A DNA stretch of 64,000 nt from an uncultured bacterium (GCA_963805015.1 CAWDSL010000030.1:6258-70257); one strand, 5' to 3'; counted from the stretch's first letter, positions 21,191 to 34,183 are shown. Program-made: numbers and translations. Notes: generated by a model from the letters alone, not told the origin.

Positions 21191-21433
21191 ATGCCCAAAG
21201 CCAAGATCGCCATTTCCATCGACGCAAAGTTCCTTGAGCGGGTCGACAGGCTTGTTCGGGACGGGATCTTCGGCAACAGGAGCAAGGCTATCGAAGATGC
21301 CGTCGCCGAGAAGCTGGCCCGACTTGACAGGGTCCGGCTCGCTGACGAATGTGCCAAGCTGGATCCTCGCTTCGAAAAGGAGCTTGCCGAAGAAGGTCTC
21401 TCTGAAGAAGGGTCCGGATGGCCCGAATATTAA
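21191..21433 (+). CDS. Ribbon-helix-helix (CopG-like) antitoxin
   Basis: [20 protein letters not shown]...[10 protein letters not shown]; acidic tail ending WPEY; overlaps the downstream toxin. Confidence 0.85.
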   Translation: MPKAKIAISIDAKFLERVDRLVRDGIFGNRSKAIEDAVAEKLARLDRVRLADECAKLDPRFEKELAEEGLSEEGSGWPEY

Positions 21434-21756
21434 GGGGGGAGGTCCGGTGGGCCGATCTCGGCTCCGGCTCCGGCCATGAGAAGGCGGGCCGCCGGCCGGT
21501 CCTCGTTCTCAGCCATGACGTATTCAATGCGCGTTCGGGGACGGCGATCGTCATGGCCCTTACCAGCCGGCCTCAGAAGGCGGGATTTCCGCTGACCTTG
21601 GAGATCGCCTCGAAGAGCTTACCGAAGAGATCATGGATCAAGATCAGCCAGGTCCGGACCCTTTCCGTCGAGCGGATGGGCGGTCTCGCTGCCGTGCTCT
21701 CCCCGGAAGAGCTCGCCCTCGCTGTCGAGGGCTTGAACGAGATTGTCGGGGATTAG
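21418..21756 (+). CDS. mazF: MazF/PemK-family toxin with canonical active site
   Basis: [30 protein letters not shown]...MALTS...[10 protein letters not shown]. Confidence 0.9.
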   Translation: MARILRGEVRWADLGSGSGHEKAGRRPVLVLSHDVFNARSGTAIVMALTSRPQKAGFPLTLEIASKSLPKRSWIKISQVRTLSVERMGGLAAVLSPEELALAVEGLNEIVGD

Positions 21757-21773
21757 AAAGCGGAAACGACCGG

Positions 21774-22217
21774 CTATCTCAGCCGGGCGGCCCAGCGGTC
21801 CCAGTCCTTCTCGGGGACGAGATGGACCTTCCTCACGGGAGTGCCGCGTTCGGCCAAGGCGAAGCTCATCATCTTCTTTTTTTTAAAATTCTCTTTCGCC
21901 ATCAAGACGGCCACGATGAGCGCAACGATGGCCCAGACGCCGAATATCCAGGCCAGAGATTCATCTTTCGTAATGGCCATAATTCCTGCGGGCACCATGA
22001 ACGTGACGATGTAGAAGCCGATGAACAATATGAGGGCGGCCGGAAACATCTTTAGAATGGAACCGGGCCTGAGGAAATGGATCTCGAAAGCATGATGACG
22101 CCGGTCCCGCAGGTCAAAGAACGTTGTCGTTTGAACCCTTCTCTGGGCCGGGGACGGACCCGGCAGCTCGATCCGCGATTCGTCCAAGACAGGGACGCTC
22201 CAGAATCTCAGGATCAT
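21774..22217 (-). CDS. Hypothetical membrane protein (2 TM), lower GC
   Basis: ATG after GGAGGGA; two hydrophobic stretches followed by a basic KKKK. Confidence 0.6.
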   Translation of the reverse strand: MILRFWSVPVLDESRIELPGPSPAQRRVQTTTFFDLRDRRHHAFEIHFLRPGSILKMFPAALILFIGFYIVTFMVPAGIMAITKDESLAWIFGVWAIVALIVAVLMAKENFKKKKMMSFALAERGTPVRKVHLVPEKDWDRWAARLR

Positions 22218-22354
22218 ATTGGTCCCTCCCTTCGGAAGAATAGCGGATCCGAATGGCCTCGTCCCCGCCGAGGGTATGGGATCCCGAGGACCTGGGCGGG
22301 ATTCTAATCGGTTCGTTCCGGGTCTGTCAATGAGATCATGGACCCGGGCCGACT

Positions 22355-23725
22355 TCAATGCTTCTCTATCCAGGCCGCGATGTCGTCGACGACGTACGGC
22401 GCGACGCTGCCGTGCTTCTGCATGTACTCGAGAGGGACGAGGACCCCTTCGCCCTCATAGAAGAGATGGTTGAGCTTGGGATAGAGGTGGAACTCGACGT
22501 CGGATCGTGAGCCCAGGGCCTTCTTCCAGTTCTCGAGGTCGGCCGTCTGGACCTGGTAGTCGCGGGCGCCCTGCAGGAACAGCATGGGCTTGCGGACGGC
22601 CTTGGCCGTTTCGGGCGGGTCGTAGCCGCGCACGTCGAGCCAGTAGGCCGGCATGACCCCGACGAGCTTCGCCGTCGAGCCCCGGTCCGCGTCGGTCAGG
22701 GCCTTGATCTTCGCCACCTGAGCCTTGATGTCCTCGAGCCTCTTCCGGTCGTCGTCCGAAAGCGTGTTCCCGGCCAACCCGTAGAGATAGGTCATCTGGC
22801 GGATGATCGTGTCGTCGAGCGGGCGAGTCAGGCCGGCCATACTGATGAATCCGGCGACATCGAGCGGGGCGGCCGCCAGGGCGATCCGCGGCATGAGGAA
22901 TCCGCCCAGGCTGTGGCCGAGGATGAAGACGCGCTTCGGATCGATGCCCTTCGACTTTTGGAGCAGCGCCGCCGCGGCCAAGGCGTCGTCGATGGTCTCG
23001 TCCTTGACCGTCATCGTCGCCTCGAGCTTGGGATCGGCCAGGATCTTCTTGCCGTGGACCTTGCTGCGCTTTTCGTATCGCAGGACGGCGATGCCGCGCG
23101 TCGCCAGCCCCCAGGCCAGGTCCTTGAACGGCTTGTTCGGGCCGAGCGTCTCGTCCCGGTCGTTCGGACCCGAGCCGTGGACGAGAACGAGCCCGGGGAC
23201 CGGGCCGCCGCCTTTCGGCATGGTCAAGGTCCCCGGCAGCGCCCATTCCCCCGAACCGACGGTGACGTCCGTCTCGTCGAACTTCGAGGGATCGGCGTAA
23301 GCGGGGGGCTCGTATTTCGCGGGCGGCGCCGGCGGCACGAACCCGAGCCCGGCGATCTTCCCGGCCTTGTCGAAGACGACGCGGGCGTCGAGCATGGTCT
23401 TCTCGAACGAGCAGGTGATGAGAACGATCTCGTACCCCTGCAGCTGCTCTCTCCGTGCCGGGCCCTGTTGCTTGAAGGCCCCGACTTGGGCCGGGAGCTG
23501 CTTCGCCCACATCGTCTCGAGCTTCTCGGGTCCCGAGAGCTTGAGCATGGTCTCGTCGAAGTCGCGGACCGCCCCCTGAAAGTCGCCTTTGGCCAGGGCC
23601 GCGAGGAAAGCCCGGGCTTTAACCGTCAGGGCATCCTCTCCTTGCGCGGGGCCCTGGGCGAGGAGGGTGCAGGCGAGTGAGAGTAGGGCGATAGCGACAA
23701 GTGATGATAAAACCTTTCTATTCAT
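22355..23725 (-). CDS. Secreted alpha/beta hydrolase with DUF3887-like N-domain
   Basis: Signal peptide; LVLVHGSGPNDRDE, KPFKDLAWGLA..GIAVLRYEKR, GHSLGG nucleophile, QGARDYQV, LNHLF. Confidence 0.88.
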   Translation of the reverse strand: MNRKVLSSLVAIALLSLACTLLAQGPAQGEDALTVKARAFLAALAKGDFQGAVRDFDETMLKLSGPEKLETMWAKQLPAQVGAFKQQGPARREQLQGYEIVLITCSFEKTMLDARVVFDKAGKIAGLGFVPPAPPAKYEPPAYADPSKFDETDVTVGSGEWALPGTLTMPKGGGPVPGLVLVHGSGPNDRDETLGPNKPFKDLAWGLATRGIAVLRYEKRSKVHGKKILADPKLEATMTVKDETIDDALAAAALLQKSKGIDPKRVFILGHSLGGFLMPRIALAAAPLDVAGFISMAGLTRPLDDTIIRQMTYLYGLAGNTLSDDDRKRLEDIKAQVAKIKALTDADRGSTAKLVGVMPAYWLDVRGYDPPETAKAVRKPMLFLQGARDYQVQTADLENWKKALGSRSDVEFHLYPKLNHLFYEGEGVLVPLEYMQKHGSVAPYVVDDIAAWIEKH

Positions 23726-23761
23726 GTCAAACACCTCTGAGGCTAAAACTATAGCCCAAGG

Positions 23762-23815
23762 CTGGTCCCGAATCCAGCCCGACCTGACTGCCCCGCCCGG
23801 AAGGGACCAGGTCCC
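23762..23815. repeat. GGGACCAGGTCCC palindrome with an upstream CTGGTCCC arm
   Basis: ctggtccc (23762-69) pairs with gggaccag (23803-10); GGGACC-A-GGTCCC is itself palindromic; same core as the 19526-19595 element. Confidence 0.5.
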
Positions 23816-23863
23816 TCTTTGATGCTGTTTGACCGCGTCCGGCCGGGCCGCTAGAATAGCGCG

Positions 23864-27286
<3,423 letters not shown>

Positions 27287-27312
27287 AATACAATGAGTTG
27301 ATATTAAAAAAG

Positions 27313-28278
27313 ATGGACAGTTTCCACCGGACCGCCATTCTCGTCATGGCCCTGTCGGCCGCCCTGGCCTGCGGCCGCGACGAGGGCCGGGGTCCGGTCT
27401 CCCGCGTCGCCGGGCTCGTCCAGGGCAAGCTCCGCGGCCGCCCGGTCCTGACGGTCGAGAAACGGGAGTTCTATAACGCCGACTTCAGGGCCTACCTCGA
27501 GGCCTCGGGGGCCGAGGCCAAGGGCCTGCCGGCCGAGTCGCTGAGCCGGCTCTTCGACCGGTTCGCCGACGAGAGGATCCTGCTCGAAGCGGCCCTCGAG
27601 CGCGGCATCGTCCTCACCGAGGACGAGAAGAAGGAGTACCTGGCCCGGCTGGCCGTCGCCGGCCTTTCGCCGAGCGCGGCCGGCGGCTCGCCCGCCGATC
27701 CCGCCGAGGGGGCCTTCGACCGGCTGCTCGTCGAGAAATACACCTTCCTCGTCGTCAAGGACGTCCGGGTCGACGCCGGCGAGATCCGGGATCACTACGA
27801 GCGGAACAAGAAGGACTTCCTTCACCAGGGCCGGGCCCAGGTCAGCCAGATCCTCGTCGCGACCGAGGAGAAGGCGATCGGCGTCCTGCGGCGGCTCCAG
27901 CGGACCGGCGAGCCGGAGTTCCGCAAGATCGCCGCCGAGGAGTCCCTGGGCCCCGAGTCCGCCCGCGAGGGCGTCATGGGCGTCTTCGAGCAGGGGGACC
28001 TGCCCGCGGACATGGAAAAGGTCATTTTCTCGCTCGATGAGGGCCGGACGAGCCAGGTCGTCGAGTCGTCCTACGGCTATCACATCTTCCGGCTGGACCG
28101 GAAGTTCCCCCCGGCCCTGCGGACCGAGGAGGAGGCCGCCCCGGAGATCCGGGAGCGCCTCCTGGCCCAGAAGATGAAGGACGCCCTGTCCTCCCACCTG
28201 GGCGGGCTCAAGGAGACCCTGGACTGGCGGGCCCTGACCGAGAACCTATTCTTCAAGTATCAGAGGTCGGACGAATGA
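27313..28278 (+). CDS. PpiC/parvulin-type peptidyl-prolyl isomerase lipoprotein (PrsA/SurA-like)
   Basis: Lipobox ALAC; AQVSQILV, S.GPE..REG.MG, SSYGYHIFRL; conserved position after mfd. Confidence 0.85.
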   Translation: MDSFHRTAILVMALSAALACGRDEGRGPVSRVAGLVQGKLRGRPVLTVEKREFYNADFRAYLEASGAEAKGLPAESLSRLFDRFADERILLEAALERGIVLTEDEKKEYLARLAVAGLSPSAAGGSPADPAEGAFDRLLVEKYTFLVVKDVRVDAGEIRDHYERNKKDFLHQGRAQVSQILVATEEKAIGVLRRLQRTGEPEFRKIAAEESLGPESAREGVMGVFEQGDLPADMEKVIFSLDEGRTSQVVESSYGYHIFRLDRKFPPALRTEEEAAPEIRERLLAQKMKDALSSHLGGLKETLDWRALTENLFFKYQRSDE

Positions 28279-29261
28279 AAAAGATCATCGCGTGTCTGGC
28301 AATGGCCGGCGTCCTCGGCCCGCTGGCGGTCCCCGTCATCGGCCAGGAGGTCGTCGAGGAGATCGTGGCCGTCGTCAACGACGACATCATCACCCTGACC
28401 GAGTACCGGGGGCAGTTCGAGCAGGCCGCGGCCCAGCTGCGGGCCCAGCAGATGGACCCGGCGGAATACCAGAGGCAATACGACAACCTCAAAAAGCAGC
28501 TGCTCGAGCTCATGATCACGGAGACGCTGCTCCTGCAGAAGGCCAAGGAGCTCGGCCTGAACGTCCAGGAGCAGCTCAAGGGGATGGTCGAGAAGATCAA
28601 GCAGGAGAACAACTTCACCTCCGACCAGGACCTGCGCCGGGCCATCCAGCAGTCGGGCATGTCCTACGAGGCCTGGCTCAAGCAGTACGAAGAGGGCATG
28701 ATGCGGCAGGGCGTCCTCTACACCGAGGTCGAGCGGGCCATCGCCCTCGAGGATTCCGAGATCGTCCAGTACTACAAGAAGAACCCCGCCGAGTTCACCG
28801 TGCCCACCGAGTACCGGCTCAGCGCCATCTACCTCGCGGCCGAGGGGCGCACGCCCGAGACGTTGGGAGAGCTCAAGGCCGCGATCGACGCCAAGCTCAA
28901 GGGCGGCGCGCCGTTCGGCGATACGGCGGCGGAGCTGTCCGACCCGCCGATGAAGGACGCCAAGGGCGACCTGGGGACCTTCAAGGCGGGGGAGCTCGAC
29001 AAGGACCTCGAGACGCCCGTCGAGAAGATCAAGGCCGGCGAGACGACCCCCTGGATCAACACCAAGAACGGCTGGTACCTGCTCCAGCTCGTCGAGAAGA
29101 AGGACAGCCACCTGCTGCCGTTCGACGAGGCCCGGAGCCGGGTCGAAGAGAGGATCTACAACGAGAAGCGCGCCGTCAAGGGCGAGGCCTACATCAAGAC
29201 GCTCCGTGAGCGGAGCTACGTCAAGATCCTGAAGCCCGACCCGCTGGGACTCAACAAATAA
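28275..29261 (+). CDS. SurA-like chaperone / PPIase
   Basis: EEIVAVVNDDIITLTE (SurA_N), GDLGTFKAGEL, TKNGWYLLQLVEK, LRERSYVKI. Confidence 0.85.
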   Translation: MKKIIACLAMAGVLGPLAVPVIGQEVVEEIVAVVNDDIITLTEYRGQFEQAAAQLRAQQMDPAEYQRQYDNLKKQLLELMITETLLLQKAKELGLNVQEQLKGMVEKIKQENNFTSDQDLRRAIQQSGMSYEAWLKQYEEGMMRQGVLYTEVERAIALEDSEIVQYYKKNPAEFTVPTEYRLSAIYLAAEGRTPETLGELKAAIDAKLKGGAPFGDTAAELSDPPMKDAKGDLGTFKAGELDKDLETPVEKIKAGETTPWINTKNGWYLLQLVEKKDSHLLPFDEARSRVEERIYNEKRAVKGEAYIKTLRERSYVKILKPDPLGLNK

Positions 29262-29810
29262 CTATTTTTCGATGATCAACACGGCGGCCGCGATGGCCGT
29301 CGTCCAGACGCCCTTTTCCCCCCGCGCCGTCCGGGTCGCGCTCCGTGTCTTGAGGGACAGGCCGTTCGAGATGCGGAACGACCGGGCGGCCTTCCCCGGT
29401 TCCCTGAGCTTGTGACCGAGCTTGGTCGCCAGCATCTCGGCGGCCAGGTACTCGGTGTGGAGCGAAGTCTCCCGCTGGTTTTTGCCGGCGTCCGAGTGCT
29501 CGGCCAGGTAGCCGTACTGCGCGGGATCGTCGGGGACGGCCACGCCGATCGAGGCCGAGATCAGGCACCCGGGCTCGTCCGTGGCGTTCTCGCTGAGGAC
29601 GACGAACAGGATCTGGCCCGGGTCGAGGAGCGCGAGGCCCGCCGCCTTCGAGACGAACTTGGCCTGCGGCGGGAAGATGCTCGAGACCCGGACGAGGTTG
29701 AAGGGAGCGATGCCGGCCTCGCGCAGGGCCTTCTCGAAGCTGACGAGCTTCTCCTTGTGCCGGCCGAGGCCGCGGACGAGGAAGACCTTGGAGGGGACGA
29801 GAGGGCCCAT
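29262..29810 (-). CDS. pdaD: Pyruvoyl-dependent arginine decarboxylase
   Basis: SFEKALREAGIAPFNLVRVSSIFPP (Ser-Ser cleavage site), ISASIGVAVP, YGYLAEH, WTTAIAAAV. Confidence 0.92.
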   Translation of the reverse strand: MGPLVPSKVFLVRGLGRHKEKLVSFEKALREAGIAPFNLVRVSSIFPPQAKFVSKAAGLALLDPGQILFVVLSENATDEPGCLISASIGVAVPDDPAQYGYLAEHSDAGKNQRETSLHTEYLAAEMLATKLGHKLREPGKAARSFRISNGLSLKTRSATRTARGEKGVWTTAIAAAVLIIEK

Positions 29811-29811
29811 C

Positions 29812-30339
29812 TTATTTCTTCGGCTCCACCGGTTCGGGCTCCTTGAAGTCGATGTCGCGCGAGACGTCGTAGACGCCGAGGAGAACGGGCGTCGAGCCCT
29901 TGGAGATGGCGAAGAGCCGGACGAAAGCCTGTTTCCACTGCGGATTGTCGCGGATGCCGGCCAGGTTCTTGCCTTCGACGCCGAGGTTGCTCTTCAGGAC
30001 GATGAGGTCGCCCGTGCCGCCGGGCGGGATGGCCTTGCCCCGGATGGCGGCCATGAAGGAGTCGCCGAAGTTCTCCGGGTCGCCCTTGAACTGATAGACG
30101 GCGTTGAAGTTGACGTAGCTCAGCGGCTTAGCCCCGATGTTCTTGACGCGGAACGAGATCTGGGGGACGAGGATGAGCCGCTGCGGCCAGGGCTGGTAAT
30201 ACTTGGCGACCCAGATGGACGAATAGTCCAAGATCTCGATCGAGCCCTTCAGCTCGTCGCGGGACATGGTCTTGCACGCCGGCAGGACGGCCAGCGCCAG
30301 GACGCCGAGCACGAGCGCGATGGGGGCGATTCTCTTCAT
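29812..30339 (-). CDS. Hypothetical lipoprotein
   Basis: Lipobox VLPAC; host-like codon usage; translationally coupled to pdaD. Confidence 0.7.
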   Translation of the reverse strand: MKRIAPIALVLGVLALAVLPACKTMSRDELKGSIEILDYSSIWVAKYYQPWPQRLILVPQISFRVKNIGAKPLSYVNFNAVYQFKGDPENFGDSFMAAIRGKAIPPGGTGDLIVLKSNLGVEGKNLAGIRDNPQWKQAFVRLFAISKGSTPVLLGVYDVSRDIDFKEPEPVEPKK

Positions 30340-30400
30340 GGGCTCCTCCTCTCTCTCTCGTTCGTATGATAGCGCCCGGACGGCGATTACGCAACTGCCC

Positions 30401-30460
30401 GATAAATTCCCGGGACACGATACGAGATCCGGAGATCTCGTTCATGTCCCGGAATTTATC
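30401..30460. repeat. Long imperfect hairpin with GGGACA/TGTCCC arms (REP-like); overlaps the yibQ-like stop codon
   Basis: GATAAATTCC/GGAATTTATC, GGGACA/TGTCCC and ACGAGATC/GATCTCGT pair; GGGACACGATAC resembles GGGACACAATAC at 3069. Confidence 0.75.
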
Positions 30461-31730
30461 GGACGAGCTTCGAGACGGGGACGGCCTCGAGGCCGTAGGC
30501 GTCGAGGAGGCGGTAGGTCGATCTGAGGACGGCCAGCGTTTCCGGGAAGGGGTGGCAGATGCCGACCGCCCGGCCCTTCTTGCGGGCCTTCTGGAAGAGC
30601 TCGATCAGGCGCCCCCGGATGCGGCCGCGGTCCTCGTCGGCGTCGAGGAAGACGTCGCGCTGGGTGGACGGGATGCCCATCTTCCGGGCCTCCTCGAGGG
30701 CGACGGTCTTGGCCGTCGTCCGGCTGTCGACGAAGAACAGGCCCCTGTCCTTGATCGGCCTCAGAAGGACGCGCATCAGGTCGCGCTCGGCGGTGAACCG
30801 CGAGCCCATGTGGTTGTTCGTGCCCGTCGCGAAGGGCACCCGGTCGTAGCTCGCCTCGAACGCGGCGACGATCGCCGGCTCGGTCATCATGGTCATGATC
30901 AGACCTTCGGTGCCCGTCATGGCCTCGTGGTTGTTGACGGACTCGAGCGGAAGGTGGAGCAGGACCTCGAGCCCCCGCTCGTGGGCCAGCCGGGCCGTTT
31001 CGGCCGCGTAGGCGCTGTAGGGGAGGACCGAGACCGTGATGGGCCGGCCCAGGGCGATGAGCTCGTCGAGGGTCTCGAGGTTCGAGCCCATGTCGTCCAT
31101 GATCAGGGCGACCTGGCCGCGGGGGCCTTTCTTCGCGGCCGGCGCCTTCTCCGCGACGGCGACGAGCGGTTCGACCGGCAGGACGAACGAGATGGCCGCG
31201 TCCTGCTTCGTGGGCCGCCGCAGCGACCAGAGGACCTCGGTCCGCTCCTCGCCGGGCGTCCGCTTCTTGTTGAGGACGCGGACGCCCTCGGCCTTGAGCG
31301 CTTTCTCGACCGCGGGCCCGACCGATTCGTAGAGCTCCGACGGGATCTCGACCTCGAAGAGCGGCCGGCCTTTCGGGCCTTTGAGCCGGAGGACGGAGTC
31401 GTCGGAAACGCCGGCCGCGGCCAGGCTCGCCGCCAGGACCTCCTCGAAGGTCTTGACGGCCGCGCCCGGCGCCTGGCCCGGGCCGGGCTTTTCCGAGGGC
31501 GTTTCCAGCCGATACGGCCTGGCTCCGGCGGCCGGGGCGGCCGGCGACGTTTTCCCGGCCGCTTCCTTCAGGGCCGCGGCGAAGGAGAAAAGGTAGGACC
31601 GCTCGCCCCGACGGGCCCCGATGTAATCGAGGACCAGCACCGAGACGACCGCGCAAGTCGCGAGGACCACGGTGAGAAGCGTGAAGACCGGTCCGGGCTG
31701 GCGACCTTTGGGCTGGGGCCTCTTCCTCAT
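30456..31730 (-). CDS. Divergent polysaccharide deacetylase family (YibQ/DUF610) with N-terminal TM
   Basis: VALIMDDMG, ITVSVLP, EVLLHLPLE, GTNNHMGSRFT, LFFVDSRT, RDVFLD, AVGICHP. Confidence 0.92.
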   Translation of the reverse strand: MRKRPQPKGRQPGPVFTLLTVVLATCAVVSVLVLDYIGARRGERSYLFSFAAALKEAAGKTSPAAPAAGARPYRLETPSEKPGPGQAPGAAVKTFEEVLAASLAAAGVSDDSVLRLKGPKGRPLFEVEIPSELYESVGPAVEKALKAEGVRVLNKKRTPGEERTEVLWSLRRPTKQDAAISFVLPVEPLVAVAEKAPAAKKGPRGQVALIMDDMGSNLETLDELIALGRPITVSVLPYSAYAAETARLAHERGLEVLLHLPLESVNNHEAMTGTEGLIMTMMTEPAIVAAFEASYDRVPFATGTNNHMGSRFTAERDLMRVLLRPIKDRGLFFVDSRTTAKTVALEEARKMGIPSTQRDVFLDADEDRGRIRGRLIELFQKARKKGRAVGICHPFPETLAVLRSTYRLLDAYGLEAVPVSKLVR

Positions 31731-31733
31731 CCG

Positions 31734-32873
31734 TCAGAGCTTGGGGAGGTGCGCGGCGGTCTTCTCGAAGTAGCTCTTGTCGTCGAGCTTGTCCACGGGG
31801 AGCCCGGCGTCGGGGACGACGCCGTCGTCCCAGAGCTTGCGCCCCGAAGGCAGAGCGTAGATGCCCGAAGTGAGCAGGATGGCGCTGTCGTCCTTCATCG
31901 GGAAGAGCGTCGTCCGCCCGACCAGGCCGGACGTCGCGTAGCCGACGACCTTGACCTTGCGCAGCTCCTGGAGGAGGCCGGCGACGAGCTCGGCCGGTCC
32001 GGCCGTCCCGGCGTCGGTCCAGACGACGAGCGGGAGCGCGCCGAGCGCGGGCTCATCGGGGCAGGCGACGGCCGTCTTCTCGCCCCCCCGCCCCTCGAAA
32101 CGCCCTGCGTCGGGGGCCTTGATGAACAGGTTGGCGAGCGCGAGGGCCTCCTCGATCTCGCCCTCCTGGCAGCTTCGGAGGTCGAGGACCAGGGGCGTCT
32201 TGCCGCCTTTCAGGGCGGGGACGACGGTCTTGCGGAGCTCGGGCAGGAGCGAGGCGTCGATCCGGCGGACGCTGAGGACCGCGGGCCGGCCCGCGGCCCG
32301 GACGAAGGTGTACGCCGCGGGGAAGAGAAGGGCGCGCGGCACGTCGAGGTCGAGGGTCTCGTTAGCGCGCAGGACGCGGAGCCGGACGGGTTTCTCGTCC
32401 CGGCCGCGGAGCAGGATCTTGACCTCGGCCAGGCTCATGCTCAGCGTGTTCCGGCCTTCGATGGCGCTCAGCAGGTCGCCCATCCGGATCCCGGCCGTTT
32501 CGGCGGGGGATTTGGGGACGACGGCCACGACCTGGGGGAAGGCGGCGTAGCGCTTCAGGACGATCGCCCCCGGCTCCGTCTCCCGGCCGGTGCGGCTCTC
32601 GTATCCCGCGCGCAGGTCCTTGGAGAGGTAGGCGGACAGCGGGTCCAGGGAGTTGACCATGCCGCGGTAGGTCCCTTCGGCCGTCTGGAGCGGGTCCCGT
32701 TCCTCGAGATAGTCCCGGCGGATGTGGCTCATCAGGGAGTCGAGGAGCTCGAATCCCTTGGACACCTGGGCCCCCGGCTTGCCGGGCAGGAAGTCCATCT
32801 GGATGACGAAGAACAGGGCCGCGGCCAGGAAGGCCGCCCAGAGGATCCAACGGTATCTCGGGACCTTTTTCAT
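31734..32873 (-). CDS. S41/CtpA-like PDZ protein lacking the catalytic Ser and Lys (pseudo-protease)
   Basis: GMVNSLDPLSAYL, PDZ VVPKSPAETAGIRMGD, LVLDLRSC; GTAGPAE replaces GSASASE and TSGLVG replaces TFGKG. Confidence 0.8.
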   Translation of the reverse strand: MKKVPRYRWILWAAFLAAALFFVIQMDFLPGKPGAQVSKGFELLDSLMSHIRRDYLEERDPLQTAEGTYRGMVNSLDPLSAYLSKDLRAGYESRTGRETEPGAIVLKRYAAFPQVVAVVPKSPAETAGIRMGDLLSAIEGRNTLSMSLAEVKILLRGRDEKPVRLRVLRANETLDLDVPRALLFPAAYTFVRAAGRPAVLSVRRIDASLLPELRKTVVPALKGGKTPLVLDLRSCQEGEIEEALALANLFIKAPDAGRFEGRGGEKTAVACPDEPALGALPLVVWTDAGTAGPAELVAGLLQELRKVKVVGYATSGLVGRTTLFPMKDDSAILLTSGIYALPSGRKLWDDGVVPDAGLPVDKLDDKSYFEKTAAHLPKL

Positions 32874-32895
32874 GGCGGAACGGTTAACCATTCTA

Positions 32896-34113
32896 TCACC
32901 TCCGCTTCAGCCATTGCAAGGGATCGAGGGCCTTGGTCTTGTAGCGGACCTCGAAATAGAGGCACTCGCCCTTGAGCGAGCCGCTGTCCCCGACCACGGC
33001 CACGGGCTGGCCGGTCCGGACCATGTCGCCGACCGCGGCCAGGAACTCCGAACAGTGCCCGTAGAGGGTGTAGTAGGTCATGCCGTGGTCGACGATGAGC
33101 AGGTTCCCATAGCCTTGGAAGTAGTCCGCGTAGACCACCTTGCCCGCGTGGACGGCCAGGATGAGCGACCGGCCCTTGGCCGGCGCGATCTCGACGCCCT
33201 TGTTCATGACCACGGTGTTGAAGTCCGGATGCTTCTCGTAGCCGAACGGCGTGACGATCCGGCCTTCGATCGGCCAGGCGAGCTGGCCCCGCCGCTCGGT
33301 GAGGGGGACGAAGGCGGCCGGCAGCACCCACTCCTGGGCGATGATCTTGGCCATCAGCTTCTGGAGCTCTTCGGCGCTCTCGGCGAGCTCGGCCAGCGTC
33401 CGCTTGTAGGTCTCCCGGTTCCTGCGGATCTCCTGGACCAGGGTGGCGTTCTTCCGGGCCTCGGTCTCGAGCTCCTGGCGCTTGAGGCTCGCGGCCCGGG
33501 CCATCTCGGCCAGGTCCCGCTGCTTGCTCTCGAGCGCGGACTGGGCCGCGCGCAGCTCCTCGAGCGAGGCCAGATAGCCCGCGACGACCTCGTCCTGGCT
33601 GCGGGCGAGCAGGGCCAGATGCTTGCTCTCGGAGGCGTAGGTCTCGATATCCCGGGCCTGGAGCAGGAACTGGAAGAAATCGAAGCGGCCGAACTTGTAG
33701 AGCGTGACCAGGGTCCTCTCCATCGATTCGCGCTCCCGGTCGATGCCGGCCCGCAGGCCCCTGAGGTTCGTCTGGATCGCGGCGAGCTCGGCCCGGCCGC
33801 GCTCGAGCTCGACGTTCTGGGCGGCCAGCTCTCTCTCGACGAGCTTCCGGGTGAGGTTGATGCGGGCCAGGGAGGAGAGGACCGAAGATTCCTTGCGGGC
33901 TTCGGTCTCGAGCCGCGTCCGAAGGTCCTTGATCTGCCCGTTGATGCGGTTCAGGCGCTGCTCGAAGTCGGCGACGTTCTTGTCCTGGGGGGCGGCCTTG
34001 GAGGCGGGCGCGGGCTGTCCGGCGATCCCGCCCGGGAAAAGAAGGGGCCAGGCCAGGGCCAGGAGGAGAGCGACGGCGCCCGGGACGGGAACGCGCGCGG
34101 CAACGCTTCGCAT
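32896..34113 (-). CDS. envC: Murein hydrolase activator EnvC family (coiled coil plus degenerate M23)
   Basis: Signal, long coiled coil, GQLAWPIEG, NKGVEI, GYGNLLIVDHG, TLYGH, LYFEVR..LDPLQWL. Confidence 0.9.
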   Translation of the reverse strand: MRSVAARVPVPGAVALLLALAWPLLFPGGIAGQPAPASKAAPQDKNVADFEQRLNRINGQIKDLRTRLETEARKESSVLSSLARINLTRKLVERELAAQNVELERGRAELAAIQTNLRGLRAGIDRERESMERTLVTLYKFGRFDFFQFLLQARDIETYASESKHLALLARSQDEVVAGYLASLEELRAAQSALESKQRDLAEMARAASLKRQELETEARKNATLVQEIRRNRETYKRTLAELAESAEELQKLMAKIIAQEWVLPAAFVPLTERRGQLAWPIEGRIVTPFGYEKHPDFNTVVMNKGVEIAPAKGRSLILAVHAGKVVYADYFQGYGNLLIVDHGMTYYTLYGHCSEFLAAVGDMVRTGQPVAVVGDSGSLKGECLYFEVRYKTKALDPLQWLKRR

Positions 34114-34183
34114 CGCCTATTTTATAGCACAGATCGGCCTTTCGGATTAGCCGGCTGTGAGGTTCGATGATAGAATCGGGTCG

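Noticed and set aside
32896-33200. Degenerate M23 active site in EnvC as a novelty
   Set aside because: Loss of zinc ligands is the established hallmark of EnvC.
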